Shown: positions 1-13,521 of the stretch, in pieces
Layout: each line of letters opens with the position of its first letter
Position numbering within the stretch: the stretch's first letter is position 1
Origin: Isurus oxyrinchus
Taxonomy: Eukaryota
Direction: 5' to 3'
NCBI GenBank assembly: GCA_026770705.1
Contig: JANJGN010000004.1
Coordinates: 171,864,001 to 171,928,000, forward strand
Length of the DNA: 64,000 nt
Made by a program: the position numbers and the translations under genes
The notes under the pieces: generated by a model
Told to the model about the DNA's origin: nothing
The model's input: the letters and a program-made list of their open reading frames with translations, nothing else
Database searches by the model: none

Positions 1-328
1 GAATAAATCAGACACCAACTTCCAGCATCAGCTCATGCATAGCTAAACGTTGAAATCAGGAAGTTGCTGTCTAATGTGCACAGCTCTTCCGAAGCATCAG
101 TACCTTGCCAAAAGACTCAGTACTGAAACACATAAAAGGTCTGAAGCTGTGGAACTCAACCACTCTATACCCACTAAACATGCTGGAAAAAGTTAAAGCT
201 TGTTCATATTAATAGGAACCAAGACACAATATTGGGTCTCCCAGATCATGCTTGCTGCGTGTGGCACCCAGTTCAGTGCCTGAAACCAGGTCTAAATGAA
301 TTTCCATCTCCATGCGTTCAATATTGAC

Positions 329-490
329 TTAGGAGCAGGAGTAGATCATTTGGCCCTTTGAACCTGTTCTGCCATTTAATTAGATCATGGCTCATCTGGT
401 TGTGGTCTCAATTCCACTTTTTTGTCTGCCTCCCCGATAACCTTGGCTCCCTTGAATATCAAAAATCTGACTAATTCAGTCTTGTTTGCC
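329..490 (-). mobile_element. CR1-type LINE 3' UTR fragment
   Basis: TTAGGAGCAGGAGTAGATCATTTGGCCC...GATCATGGCT matches the reverse 3' UTR seen at 13924, 28519, 30920 and 45085. Confidence 0.7.
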
Positions 491-724
491 TTTTGTGCAG
501 ATGCTAAGGATAAATATTCAAGTTTGGGGGGGAAATCAGCAATGCAAAGCTGTGATCCTAATCCTGCAGACTGGTATGTACACATTCCTCAACTGAGAGA
601 GAATATAATTATATTCTCCTACAACAAATTATATCATTTGGGAATGTGGATTCATAATTATCTACACTAGTATGACTTCCATGGGGACAATGACAAAGAA
701 ACTATTAAATTGTATGTATGTTAA

Positions 725-1480
725 GGTCTATAGTGTAACAAATAAGTTTGGTGAGCTGCAGGCATATGCTGTGACATGGTTGCAGTGACAGAGACAGCGA
801 TATGACTCAAACAGGTTCTCAATATTCCGGTGTTAAGAAACAAGAGAGAAGGAAAAGAGGAAGAAGTATGGCAGTATTGATGAAGGATGATGTTAATACA
901 GTTCTGAATAGAAAAGATATGCTCGATGGCGCTAGGCAGAATCTGTTTGGCTTGAGTGAAGTAACAGAAGAGATCTATAACATCACTGGGTGTTTTTTAT
1001 AGCACTTCAAACAGTTCAAAGGCGATAGATGAGCAAATTTGTTTGCAAATTTCAAAGTTCTGTATCAAGGATAGTATAATAATATTACAAGATTTTAATT
1101 ATGCTAATATCAATGAGGAAAACATAGTGCTAAAAGTAGAGGAGAGGAATTTCTAATGTGCACAGGAAAATGTTCCTGCTCAAGGTGTCATCAATTCAAC
1201 AAGGCAGAAAAAATCAGTGCTGGATATGGTTCTAGGAGATGAAGTAGTACAAGTAGTGAGTGTTACAATAGAAGATTATCCAGCTAACAGTGACCACAAC
1301 ATAATTTGGTTTGGAGTAATTATGGAAAGAGACTAAAAATTTTCAAAGGTAAAAAATGCTCAAATGAGGAAGAGATAGTTTCAATTATTTAAAGAATGTA
1401 GCACAGGTAAATTGGAAAAGGCGATTGCAAGATAAGGCAGTAATGAGCAGTGGCAAGCACTGAGTGAAGAAATAGAAACA
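725..1480 (+). mobile_element. Old, decayed CR1 ORF2 APE endonuclease region
   Basis: Broken-frame motifs NKFGELQA, DMVAVTET, KRGRSMAVLMK and SDHNIIWF are typical of CR1 APE. Confidence 0.6.
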
Positions 1481-1638
1481 GAAGATACTGGAAATATGTT
1501 GCAGGTTTGACAATATCTGTGGAGAGAAACAGAGTTAATGGTTCAAGTCTATGACCTTTAATCAGAACAACTGCTCTTTCAAAGAGCCAGCAAAAGCACA
1601 ATGAATGGGTTGAATGGCCTCCTTCTGTGTTATAGGTC

Positions 1639-2152
1639 ATAGAGTAATTTACAGCACAGGAGGAGGTAATCTGGCCCACTGAGTCCATGCTGGCTGTTTG
1701 TGGAGTAATCCAGTCAGTCCCACGCCCCCACACTATGTTCACAGCCCTGCAAGTTTATTTCCCTCAAGTGCTGATAAATTTCCTCTTGAAATCATTAACT
1801 GTTTCTGCTTCCGCCACTCTCGTGGGCAGTGAGTTCTAGGTCATCACCATTCACTGTGTAAATAAAGTTCTTTCTCACATTCCCCCTGCATCTCTTACAC
1901 AAAACCTTAAATCTGTCTCCCCTATTCTTGCATATCAGCTAATGAGAACAGTTTTCCCTATCTACCTTATCCAAACTTGTCATAATCTTGTACACCTCAA
2001 TCAAAACTCCACTCCATCTCCTTTGCTTCAAGGTGAATAATAACCTAGCTTTCTAGCTAAAATCCCCCGTCTCTGGAACCATTCTAGTAAATCTCCTCTG
2101 CACCCTCTCAAGGACAATCACATCCTTCTTAAAGTATGTTGACCAGAACTAG
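1639..2152 (-). mobile_element. CR1 LINE 3' fragment
   Basis: Reverse-strand ORF2 C-terminus and 3' UTR similar to 26800-27343. Confidence 0.75.
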
Positions 2153-2594
2153 GCAGCAGTTTCTATGATTTTATGACATCATCATACACCAATGTACCCC
2201 AATCATGAAAACTACATAAAATAAAAACATTAGCGTCATTAGAATAGGATGAAGGACTAATCATTAATGATAGGAGGTGGAAATGAATAGACTTCAAAGT
2301 GACCTGATTGAAGTTTTCCATAATCAATAGATGGCATAATCAACCCATGGCAAAGGGTTCAAATATCACTGTGTAAAAGGCAGAATGTTATGATTGAGCA
2401 AAGACAGGTTGAACTTTCTTTTAACCCAAAGACTTTTGGAGTAGGTTAGCATGGAAGGCATATAAATGAGTTCAGGAGATAGCTGAATATATTTCCATAC
2501 AGAACAGGGATATGGTCATACATGAGGGGAATACAAATTTAAAAAGGGAAACAGGCTTGTTTAGACCAAATAAAATCTGCTGATTTTTAGACAC

Positions 2595-4765
2595 AGCAGG
2601 CTATGGAGCCTGACAACCCCTCAACATTAGTACTGAAGACTTGTGCACCCAAACTATTCATGCTCCTCACCAAGCTGTTTCAGTAGACCTGCAACACTGG
2701 CATCTAATGACAACTTGGATAATTGTCCTGTCCACAAAGAGCAAGACAAATCCAATCCAGCCAATCTACTCTAGATCATCAGAAAAGTGATGGTAGATGT
2801 CGTCGACAGTGCAATCAATTGGCTGTTCAGTGATGCGCAGTCTGGGTTCTGCCAGAATCACTCAGCTCCTGACCTCATTGCAGTCTTGGTCCAAACATGG
2901 ATAAAACAGTATAACTCAAGAGGTGAGATGAGAGTGACTGCCCTTGACGTCAAGGCAGGATTTGACTGAGTGTGGCATCAAGGATCCCAGGCAAAACTGG
3001 AATCAATGGGAATCAGGGGGAAAACTCCACTAGTTGGAGTCATACTTAGCACAAAGGGAGATGGTTGTGGTTGTTGGAGGGCAATTATCTCAGCTCCAGG
3101 ACATCTCTGCAGGAATTCCTCTGGGGTAGTGTTCTAGACCTAACCACCTTCACAGAATGCTACAGTGCAGAAGGAGGCCATTTGGCCCATCGTGCCTGCA
3201 CGAGCTCTCCGAATAAGCATTATGGCTTAGTGCCATTCTCCTGTCTTTTCCCTGTACCCCTGCACATTGTCTTTATTCACGTAATCATATAATGCCCTCT
3301 TGAATGTCTCAATTGAACCTGCTTCCACCAGGCAGTGCATTCCAGACTCAAACCACTCAATGTATGAAAAGGTTTTCTCTCATATCACATTTACTTCTTT
3401 TGCAAATCACTTCAAATCTGTGCCCTCTCATTCTCGATCCTTTTACAAGAAGGAACAGTTTCTCCCTATCTACTCTGTCCAGCCCTCTCATGATTTTGAA
3501 CACCTCTATCAAAAGTCCACTTAGCCTTCTCCTCTCCAAGGAGAACAGTCCCAAGCTATCCAATCTATCTTCATAACTGAGTTCCTCATCCCTGGAACCA
3601 TTCTTGTAATCCTCTTCTGCACTATGTCCAAAGCATTTACATCCTTCCTATACACAATGCTCTAGCTGAGGTCTAACTGGTGTCTAATATAAACTCAGCA
3701 TGACCTCCCAGCTCTTGTACTCTATGCCCCTATTAATAAAGGCCAGGATACTGTATGCTATTTTAACTGCTCTCTCCACTGGTCTTGCCATCTTCAATGA
3801 TCTATGCATATAGACACCGCATGTCTCTCTTTAGCTGCTTAATCAATGACTGTCCCTCCATCATAAGGTCAGAAGTCACAATGCTTGCTGAAGATTGTGT
3901 AGTGTTCAATACCATTTGTGATTCTTGAGAGACTGAAGCAGTCAATGTCCATATGCAGCAAGACCTGGACAACATTGAGGCTTGGTCTGATAAGTGGCAA
4001 GTAGCGTTCATGCCACACAAATACTAGGCAATGACGATCTCCAACAAGAGAATCTAACCATTTTTCCCTGACACTCATTGACATTCCCATCGCTGAATCC
4101 CTCACCTTCAACATTCTGAGGGGTACCATTGATCAGAAACTGAAATGGACCAGCTATCTAAAGAGTCTAGGAATCCTGTGGTGAGTAATTCACCTCCTGA
4201 GTACCCAAAGCTTGTCCAACCATTTACAAGGCATCATTCAATAGTGGGATAGAATACTCTCCACTTGCCTGGTTGAGTGCAGCTCCAAAAGCACTACAGA
4301 AGCTCAAGACCATCCAAGACAAAGCAGCCACTTGATCCACACTCCATCCACCACCTTAAACATTCACTTCCTCCATCATCGATGTAGAGTGGCAGCCGTG
4401 TGAGCACATCCAAGATGCCATTGCAGCAACTCACCAAGGCTCCTTCAACAGCACCTTGCAAACCCACAACCTCTATCACTTAGGAGGACAAGAGCAGCAA
4501 ATGCATGGAAACACCACCACCTGCAAGCTCCCCTACAAGCCACATATCAATCGTGACTCGGGGCTATATCGCTGTTCCTTCACAGTCGCTGTGTCAAAAT
4601 CCTGGAACACCCTTCCTAACAGCACTGTGGGTGTACCTACACCACATGGAACTGCAGTGGTTCAAGAAGACAATTTGTCACCATCTTTTCAAGGGCAATT
4701 AGGAATGGGTAACAAATGCTGCCTTTGCCAGCAACCCTCATATCCCATGTAAAATTAAGAAAAAA
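2595..4765 (+). mobile_element. LINE family B (CR1-group APE/RT LINE), RT to 3' end, interrupted by a CR1
   Basis: Motifs HSAPDLIAVLV and VTALDVKAGFD; degenerate FADD region near 3880; 3' tail AAGGGCAATTAGG...CATATCCCATG followed by an A-rich end. Confidence 0.85.
3151..3830 (-). mobile_element. CR1 3' fragment nested in the family B LINE
   Basis: ORF 3357..3563 (LGLFSLERRRL...LIEVFKIMRGLDRVD) is the CR1 ORF2 C-terminus. The host LINE resumes in register at about 3831. Confidence 0.85.
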
Positions 4766-4773
4766 TACGAATG

Positions 4774-5483
4774 AGGCTGAATCTTCAGCTCGGCGAGTGG
4801 GGGCGGGGCCTACTCGCCGTGGCATAAAATGACACGTGGTGACTTCAGGCGGGCGTCCCAACATCACTGCACGTCATTCAGACTTTCAGGTCGGCGGGCG
4901 TGCACCTGAGTCGGCTGTACGCCCACCGAACAGTCAAAGGCCCATTAAGGCCATTTAGCTCTCAATTAAAGTAATTAACAGAGCTGGCCATCCAGCCTTA
5001 AGGTTGGCGGGAAGACGAAGAGCCCAGGCGGCACTCACATTTTTCATGGAACCTCATCCACGGGTGGGATGAGGATTCATGAATGATTTTAAATTTTGAC
5101 AAGAATCTTTACTGAAATTAATGCACATGTCCCAGCTCATGTGACAGTTTCACATGAGGGGACGTGTCATAAAAATTTTCTCGCCACTTTATTAAACTTT
5201 TTGGACTTAAAACTAAAACTTAAAACACATGCGCGAAAGAGCACACTCCCGACTCAGGCAACTGCTCCCACCCACCGCCCCCCCCACACCCTCCCCCCCC
5301 CGCCCCCGCCCCCCCCCCCCCCCAGCCCGCACAGGGAGCGCACAGCGCCTCCGGGTGCACATCACTCTGGGCGAGCCTTAACTGGCCCGCCCACTTAAAA
5401 TGGTGGCGTTGACCCGATCGGGGGCGGCCTTGGGGTCGGTGCCGCTCCTGGACAGCCTGCTGGACAAGCCGAAAATTCATGAA
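4774..5483. mobile_element. PIF/Harbinger-like MITE
   Basis: Degenerate TIRs AGGCTGAATCTT / AAAATTCATGAA with ATG on both flanks. Body is similar to 24431-25014 and 39847-40572. Confidence 0.7.
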
Positions 5484-5981
5484 ATGGATCAACTTGGGAT
5501 CATTTTAAATTCAAAATTCAGTTTTGTGTCCTTCCCTCCTAATGGAAACTGATGTCAGAAATATGCATATAACCAACATCCTGCTTAAGACAGTGTATAA
5601 ATACCTTAAAGAAAATTGCATCACTGCACATGGCATCATTTATCTGAAAATAATTACATTCATTGCTGTCTCTGTGTCTGGGAGGATTTACATTGTTTTC
5701 AGAAGCTAAGCTCCTCTTATATTTCCCACCTTGATATGTGACTACAGTTCTCACAGACCTTTCATGCCACATTGTCACGTCGTCCCTTATTGTTAATCCA
5801 CATTGTTTCAGCGAGAAAATTAGGTTGTAAATTCACTGACACTGCACAGCCAGTTGGGCAGCTGTGCTGGCTGCAGTCCGGGGTCACAAACAGGGTTACG
5901 TATCCAAGACCCACACTGCCTTTCAGCACAGCATTAGTTTGTGTCAATAAATAGTTGCGTTGTGCTACCTGTACCCAGTGA

Positions 5982-6313
5982 GGCAGTGGCACAGCGGTAT
6001 TGTCACTAGATAATGCTCTGGGGTTCGAATCCCGCCACGGCAGATGGTGAAATTTGAATCCAATAAAAATTCTGTAATTAAAAGTCTGATGACGACCATG
6101 AAACTATTGTTGATTGTCATTAATAATCCATCCGGTCCACTAGTGTCCTTTAGGGAAGGAAATCTGCTGTCCTTACCCAGTCTGGCCTACATGTGACTCC
6201 AGATCCACAGCAATGTGCTTGACTCTTAAATGCCCTCTGGACAAGGGCGCTTAGGGTAGGGTAATAAATGCTGGTCTAGCCAGTGACAGCCACATCCCAT
6301 GAACGAATAAAAA
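5982..6313 (+). mobile_element. tRNA-derived SINE with family B LINE tail
   Basis: A box TGGCACAGCGG, B box GGTTCGAATCC, conserved body, and tail CACATCCCATGAACGAATAAAA shared with LINE family B. Confidence 0.85.
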
Positions 6314-6782
6314 ATATATAAAGCTGGTATGAAGTATTCTTCATTGTTGTCACTGAAAAAGGAATTTTTGACAAACTAAAACACTGCACTACACCTGTCC
6401 TGTTCCTGATACTACACACAGCACAAGGTTTTCTCCAGTAAATAAATTGCTGCACCAGAAATAGCAGACAGGCTCTGCTTATTCTATGTATAGTGTTTGG
6501 CATAATCTTTGTATTTTCACTGCAACGGTTTTTACAAATATCATATATCATGTTCCTGATCACGTTCCAAACCATTACGATGTAGTCCTAATTGGAAAAC
6601 AGAAACTCAACCTGAAAAACTGACGCATCAAATGCTCTTTGAAATGCCATGTTTGTTTTGAGATCTGTATTGAATCATTGGTGAAAACAAAATCTATCTG
6701 ATTCTGCTCAGCAGCATTCCTCCAGTCCTGGTCTAATTAAGTGTTTCTGCTTACATTTAAAAACACACAATACACATAACGA

Positions 6783-7700
6783 TAAAAGCCAAATACTGCG
6801 GATGCTGGAAATCTGAAATGAAACCAGAAACTGCTGGAAAAACTCAGCGGGTCTGGCAACATCTGTGAAGAGAGAAAAAGAGTTAATGGGAAGAACTTTG
6901 CCCTTGGCGGGGGGTCGGGCGGAGGCAATCGGGAAGCCAATCGCCACCTGCGATCCGGTCCGGAAGGCAATTTCGTGCTGGTGGGCCAATTAAGGCCCTG
7001 TGCCGGCAGGGAGAGGAGTGTGAGCCAAGCAAGGGCGCTACATAATCCTCCTGAGGCAGAGAGCTGCCTCAGGGAGATGAACTGATTTTAAAACAAATTA
7101 AAGATTTTATAAATGTTATGAAACATGTACCCTCTGTCACATGAGCAGGGACATGTTACTAATGAAAGAATAAAGTTTTTATTTGCTTTTGGAAACTTCA
7201 TCCCCCACGTGGAGGTTGGATAGGCAGCAAAAAATTTCTTTCAATTAACTTTTTAATGGCCTTAATAGGCCTTTTTTAATTGTCGGTGGGTGCGCTGCCA
7301 ACTTCGGTGTGCACCCGCCAACCGAAATATCGCGGTTATCCTGCCGGTGGATGAGGTTTCATGTTTTTTCAGGAGCCCGCTGTGGGTCCTGGCCTGCCTG
7401 CCAGCCTTAAGGTTGGACGGCAGGTCTTTAATTATCTTAATTACCCTGTGAATGGCCTCAATTGGCCACTGACAGGTCGGTGGGTGGACAGGTGATTTCG
7501 CTGTCCCCCCGCCTTCCTAAAGATTTAAATGGACCGGGATGACATCGGGGGGGTCCTCCCGTTGTCATCCCATGTCATTTTCCTGTTGGCGAGTGGAGCC
7601 CACCCTCAAATCACTGATGAGAAAATTCAGGCCTCTGTTTCTTGCTTCATCAATGCTGTCAGTCCATCTGAATATTTCCAGCATTTTCTTTTTTTTTGAA
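6783..7700. mobile_element. Penelope-like palindromic mini-element split by a MITE
   Basis: Left arm 6783-6887 (ATACTGCGGATGCTGGAAATCTG...) and inverted right arm 7634-7700. Confidence 0.65.
6888..7633. mobile_element. PIF/Harbinger-like MITE
   Basis: Ends GGGAAGAACTTT / AAAATTCAGGCC; body shared with the other GC-rich MITEs; no TSD evident. Confidence 0.7.
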
Positions 7701-8350
7701 TCACACAATGTAAAGTCTTCCCTATTTGATATTACTGATCCTGTTGCTTCTCATCCTGTTATTGAAGCAGTTCTCAACCAAGGATAAAAAAACATTCTGG
7801 GTAAAATTTGACTTGATATTTCTAATTTCCATGTCTTTAGGCGATCAGATTAGATGAAATGTGGTTTTTTTTTTACATATTCTTGATTTTGAATTTCTCC
7901 ATTTTGTAGTAATAACTGGAATCAATTAAAATTTGATCAGATTGATCCAGATCAAATCAAGCTCAGCGTCAGAATTCAGAGCCATTGCCATCTCCCAGAT
8001 ATTAGAATATTACAGAGTAATATTACAATATTAGAGAGTCAGCTCTGGCTCAGTTGGTAGCACACTTGCCTCTGAGCCTCTAGGTTCAGGGCACAAAAAT
8101 CATTTACTGAAACTAGCTTTCAATTCCAGATGTATTAATTGAAACTAAATTCCACCAGTTGCCATTGTGCGATTTAAACCCACGTTCCCAGTAGATTATT
8201 AGTTTCGTGACATTATCACTGCATCACCACCTCCCTGTTGTAAAATACATTGATGGAAGAGGGTGTTGATTTCCAGCAAAAGACATAAATTAGGTTGCAA
8301 AGAGCAGGGGAATGGGTGCATTGAGAGATAAAAGAAAGATTGGAAAGAGT

Positions 8351-8550
8351 AAAGTAAAATCAAAATACTGCAGATGCTGGAAATCTGAAATAAAAACAGA
8401 AAATTCTGGAAAAGCTCAACAGTTCTGGCAGCATCGTTAACGTTCTGGCAAAGTTAACGTTTTGAGTCTGCATGACTCTTCAGAGCTGAGTCATATGGAC
8501 TCGAAACATTAACTCTGTTTCTCTCTCCACAGATGCTGTCAGACCTGCTG
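8351..8550. mobile_element. Penelope-like palindromic mini-element with TSD
   Basis: Inverted arms; direct repeat AGATTGGAAAGA at 8337-8348 and 8551-8562. Confidence 0.75.
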
Positions 8551-8589
8551 AGATTGGAAAGAATCTTGTATGTAATTGAGACCATGAGA

Positions 8590-9500
8590 GTTCCCAGGGT
8601 TGACATGTGGATGTGGGTATGCTTAAGAGAGATTATATGGAGGGAAAGACAAATGCACTGAAGCAGTTAAACATCAAGTCTTTGTGGACCATGGGTGATT
8701 CATGGGCAAAGGGTCTGGAGGTTATGGTCAGTGATTCATTGATAATTTATAACTTCAAGAGCAAAGAGATTGCCGAAGTAAATAGTGTATTGGAATGATT
8801 TGCTGGGGCAATTAAATATAAAGCAAAAAGTACAATTCTTGAACAAGGCCTTGGTCAGGCTCTAGAACATCTTCAATTGGTCAGGAACATTGAGGCCCAA
8901 ATAAAAGGTATAGGGGAAGGGCATCAGATCGATAACCTAGTTTAAGAGCCCTTAGTTATCAGAATAAGTTGAGAGAGCAAAAATATTTTAATTTGGAAAC
9001 ACGTAGACTTCAAAGAGATATGATGGAAGCCTTTAAATTATTAAAAGGATTAGGCTTTGCATGTTTGTTTGGGCTCTTTGAGCTAGGCAGATTACCAAGG
9101 ATCAGCAGACATAAGCATACAGGAGCACAGAATCAGTTAGATGCTATGTGGCATTTCATTCCGCAAAATCGACAACCTTTGAAAACAGTTTTTGACAAAT
9201 GCAGTGAGTGTGGATCTCCTTAAGCTTTCAAAAAGGGACATGTTCCTGTGAGTGTCAAATGTATCTAACATAGAAGATTGATGAGCCGTTGGTATCACCA
9301 GTTACTGTGGGGTCCAGTAGTTCGCTGAATCACCTTGAGAGGCTGGAGAGGAATTTTCCATAGTTTAATTTCCTAAATTGGCCATAGGGTTTTTTCTTCT
9401 CTCCCAAGTGATTATGTTATTGAGGTAGCAGATGAGGGAAAACAAAGATGTTGGGATATGTCGGAAATAAAATGCTGAGAAGAACAGGCTTGATGAACCT
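8590..9500 (+). mobile_element. Old CR1 3' fragment
   Basis: ORF 8969 (FNLETRRLQRDMMEAFKLLKGL) is a degenerate CR1 C-terminus. Confidence 0.6.
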
Positions 9501-9580
9501 GTAGATCTAGGTGACTTTTTGTAAGTTTATGAAATGTAAGAAGCAATACATGATTGTTAATTCAGTAATCAAAGTATGAC

Positions 9581-10165
9581 TGTTAGCTGTGCCTAAACAT
9601 GTCAAAACTTGAAGAAAACCATTTTTTCTTGTACTGAACTTTAAGTAAAGAATAATGGCAGAAGTGAGCCGAGCTGGCTATCTCAGCTGAAGGTGTGAAC
9701 TCTGATCCCTTGCAAATGACAAAGGACAGGAAATACCCTTTTAGAGGGTCATAAGGAATATACAAGCTTGTTCTGTGTTTATGGTTGAACGATAAAGTAA
9801 TTGTAAGACAATCAAGTGGACTAAACACAAGTACATAATATGGCACAAGGCCAGAGCCAAAAAGGGTATAAAGGAAGAGGTTGTTAGACCCCACAGCACA
9901 CATCCCAAGAGAGGGTAAGGAGATCACTATCAACTGGACTCATGAAGAGACAATGCAGCAGTCAATCAGAACCCCAGGGACCGGTGTTCAACTGAACCGA
10001 CTGTACACCAGTGCCTTTGTTAAGTATCACGTTTTGTACTTCTGGTGAAATATCTTGATGAATCTGTTGGGCTTGTTTCAACTCACTTCATACCCAGAAT
10101 GGTCTGTGGTTAGTCAAAAAAGGGTCTTTAAACCGGATTTAGCCAGACACATACAAACCAACTGT
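9581..10165 (+). mobile_element. Possible solo LTR
   Basis: Starts TGTTAG and has a TATA-like GGTATAAAG at about 9866. No convincing TSD or terminal CA. Confidence 0.3.
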
Positions 10166-10785
10166 GTTACATGTTTTTGTGAAAGCTAATATTTTAACAG
10201 CGGTACTAACAAGTTAAAAGATAGTACATTTTGATCTTGGATCAATGTATAATATATTAGATTGCTGCTTAACTTGTGAAGTAAAAGAAAACCATTCAGA
10301 TTATTTCCTGAACGATGATCTCTTGCACTACAATACTATCTTGTATCTCAGCAACCCTTGGGAGGAAAGTCAACATCACTGAGGATTCATAAGCAGAAAG
10401 AGAATATTAGATTGCCCAACACTAAAAGCTCTCCAAGGGAAAACTAGAGTGTTGATATGGGAGTGTGAAGCACCTGGCAGGAGAATCCTGTAATACTGAT
10501 TGGCAAATAAGAAGGGATCACGAGGGGAAGCCTGCTTTATAAATTAAGGACCCTAAAGCATATAACAGTGGAAACCTGCTATGTTGATCTGGGAGCCTAA
10601 AATGCATGCTTGGGAAATTCTACTGCATTAGACTAGGATATCTGCTTTGAGAAAAGCTTGAAGTGTTTCTCAATGGTAGCCTAAAGAGTTGAATTTAGAA
10701 CCAGAGAATTCATAAGTAGATGTTTGTAAGATTATTCTGGGTGGCTGGAATATTTGTTCATATTGCCTGTAGGATCAAATGAGTA

Positions 10786-11280
10786 CAATAGTGTATCATT
10801 AATTTACTAGACTAGAGATCCAGATATTGGCACGAATACTCCAGAGAAAGGGAGTATGAAGATAAAAGCAAAATACTGTGGATGCTGGAAATCTGAAATA
10901 AAAACAGAAAATACTGGAAATCTCAGCAGGTCTGACAGCATCTGTGGAGAGAGAAACAGAGTTCACATTTCGAGTTTGTATGATTCATCTTCAGAGCTCT
11001 CTCCACAGATGCTGTCAGGCCTGCTGAGCTTTTCCAGCATTTTCTGTTTTTATAACAGGAGTACAAATGTTGTTTTGAGGATTTGAATTCAGTTTGTTTT
11101 TAGAGATCCAGAAATAAATGGCTATTGGCCATGAAGCTGTCAGATTATTGTCAAAACCCAACTGGTTCAATAATGTTCTTCAGGAAAGTAAACCTGTCGT
11201 CCACACCAGTCGAGCCTATGTGCGAGTCCCACACTGATGCTTAATTGCCTAGCAAGTCACTCAGTTGTATTAAAACCACT
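10786..11280 (+). mobile_element. tRNA head plus SINE body, ending in the long-form continuation; interrupted by a palindrome
   Basis: ACTAGACTAG..ATCCAGA head; body CTGGTTCA..AATGT..TT.AGG.AAG; ends CACTCAGTTGTATTAAAACC. Confidence 0.65.
10862..11051. mobile_element. Penelope-like palindromic mini-element
   Basis: Inverted arms; degenerate flanking repeat GGGAGTATGAA / AGGAGTACAAA; minus-strand CTGAAGA...GAAA motif. Confidence 0.75.
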
Positions 11281-11718
11281 TCAAGGAATTATGGACTGTA
11301 GTGGCTGAAGAAGTTCTATCTGCCAGTGGTTTCACAGCTTGATAATGAACAGAAAAAATATGGACTTTCACTGCAGAATAGCAATAAGCAAGCCACTCCT
11401 GGCTTTGATTTTTTAATTCAAATTGATCCGGAATTGTGTCCAACTACAGATCAAAAGTATATCTGAAGCCAATAGAATAAAACTTCTCTTGGCTCTAAGC
11501 CTCTGACCAGTTCAAATTGGTGCACTGTTTTAATCATATCCTCCTTCTTGCTGCAGCTCCAGGTATTTTCACCCTCTTTCTATGCTCCATGCTGTTCCTC
11601 ATTGGACATCCCTTGACATTACTGCCCTTATTCTCAACAAATGGGAATTTATGGCACATGCCAACATGATTCTGACTGAATCATCAGGTTTGGGTACACA
11701 CTTAGGGACACATTTTCT

Positions 11719-12146
11719 TCAAAAGGTTGGTGGGCAGGCCAGGAGCCCTGGTGGGAATTAGAAAAAGCATGAAACCCCATCCACGGGCTGGATGAGGTTT
11801 CATGTAGGTTTTTAAAATTTTTAATAAAGATTTTGGAAAAATTATGGACATGTCCCAACTCATGTGACAGTGTCACATGAGGGGACATGTTAGGGAAATT
11901 TTATTTTTCTATTTTTAGCTTTTTGACATTTAGAGCGAATCTCCCTGAGGCTTCACTTAGCCTCAGGGAGATGAGAGTGCTCTTTCATGCGCATGCGCGA
12001 AAGAGCGCACTCTCGATTTTGGGATTTCCCCCCCCACTCCGCCCACATAAAATGGCGCCATGCCCCTGATCGGGGGTGCCGATCGGAAGCACACCTGTGC
12101 GCGCCCGCCCTTCAACTTCGCCCCTGGTGGGGGTTAAATCCTGCCC
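11719..12146. mobile_element. Harbinger-like MITE (partial)
   Basis: Family body; right end TAAATCCTGCCC followed by TTA. Confidence 0.65.
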
Positions 12147-12308
12147 TTAGTGCCGCACTGGAAGGAAAAATACAGTATCAAGGTTCTGTGTGATATTGAG
12201 TTAACAAGTTACCATCTGCAGTGGATCAGGTTATTTTAATCAGATTGAAGTTGTGGCGCTAAAGTTGATCTTCACAGTACATGGTTAGAGGGGGTGAAAA
12301 AAAAATAG

Positions 12309-12775
12309 GGCCTTGGTTTTTCCTATGGCGGGCAGGCTGGGTGGGAGCGGGCGTGGAGCTGATCGCTGCCCGCAATCGGCTCCGTGCCACCATTTTACAT
12401 GGGCGTGCCAATTAAAGCCCGCCCAGCATTATGCACGGCTGGCTGAGCGCTACCTTTGCGGGCGGGGGGAGGAGGGAGAGTCGGGGCCTGTGCTCTTACG
12501 CCCATGTGCACCAAAGAAAACAGCAATCTCCCTGAGGCATGGAGCTGCCGCAGGGAGACTGAATGTATAATAAAATAACGACAGAAATGATTTAAACATT
12601 TATTTAAACTTGTCCCCTCATGAGACTGTGTCACACGAGTGGAGACATGTTTGTAAATTTATAACTATTTATTTATTTACTTACTTACTTATTTAGTAAA
12701 AGCTTCAGGAAACCTCACCCCGCCTGCGGATGAGGTTTCCTGAAAAACACGAAGGCCACTTGGGTTTTTAGCCCA
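12309..12775. mobile_element. Harbinger-like MITE (partial, opposite orientation to its neighbour)
   Basis: Begins GGCCTTGGTTTT; reverse-complement similarity to 11719-12146. Confidence 0.65.
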
Positions 12776-13521
12776 AGTTATTTTATTCGGGTTAAAACTT
12801 CTGTCAGGGCACAGAAAGCAGTACGAAGGCATAAAACAACTGTTATCTAATATCCAAACAGCCTAATTTTAAGGAAAACACAGTAATATTCACGAACAGG
12901 GAGATTGTGAAGCTAAAAGAAGATATATAAGTTTTAGATGATGCTACTTTCCCCATTAGTATTTATCGATTAAGATAATAAAATATACATATTTATATGG
13001 GGCACTGCAATTTACAGAAACAATGAAAACTAACAAGAAAAATGCTAACTTATGTTTGTAAAAACATTTATTACGTTGCTGAAATTTTCTCTCACATTGT
13101 ATGAATTGTTATAAAGCATAGGTCATGTTTTGCATGTGACTGATTTTGAAAGGATACTTATAGTTGTTTTGATCAATGTAATACAAACACAAGCAGTTAC
13201 TTAAGGATGAGTAAGCTGTTTGTATATTGCTCACAGCACTCACCCATTTAATGGGCCTGTGGTGCTCACTTAGCTAAAAAAATATATGTTGACTTATGCT
13301 GTTCAATATGAGGGCCTTTCTGCCAATGGCAGCAGTTCTTAAAATAGTGAGGGCTTTTCCCCTCCCAGTAGCTCAATGGATACATATATACACACACCAC
13401 CTTTCTGCGCCAGTTGGAAAATAAATAGACTCTTCATTACCCCATTTGATGATTCTTCACAATCAGTCAACAAACTGTCTGGCTGGGTGCTGATTCATTT
13501 ACCCTGAAAATCTATGGGATT

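Noticed and set aside
5096-5492. Pro-rich or Gly-rich ORFs (also 24772, 40187, 48123)
   Set aside because: They are translations of poly-C/G tracts inside MITEs.
5982-6045. tRNA gene
   Set aside because: A/B boxes are present, but the cloverleaf is incomplete and it continues into a SINE body and tail.
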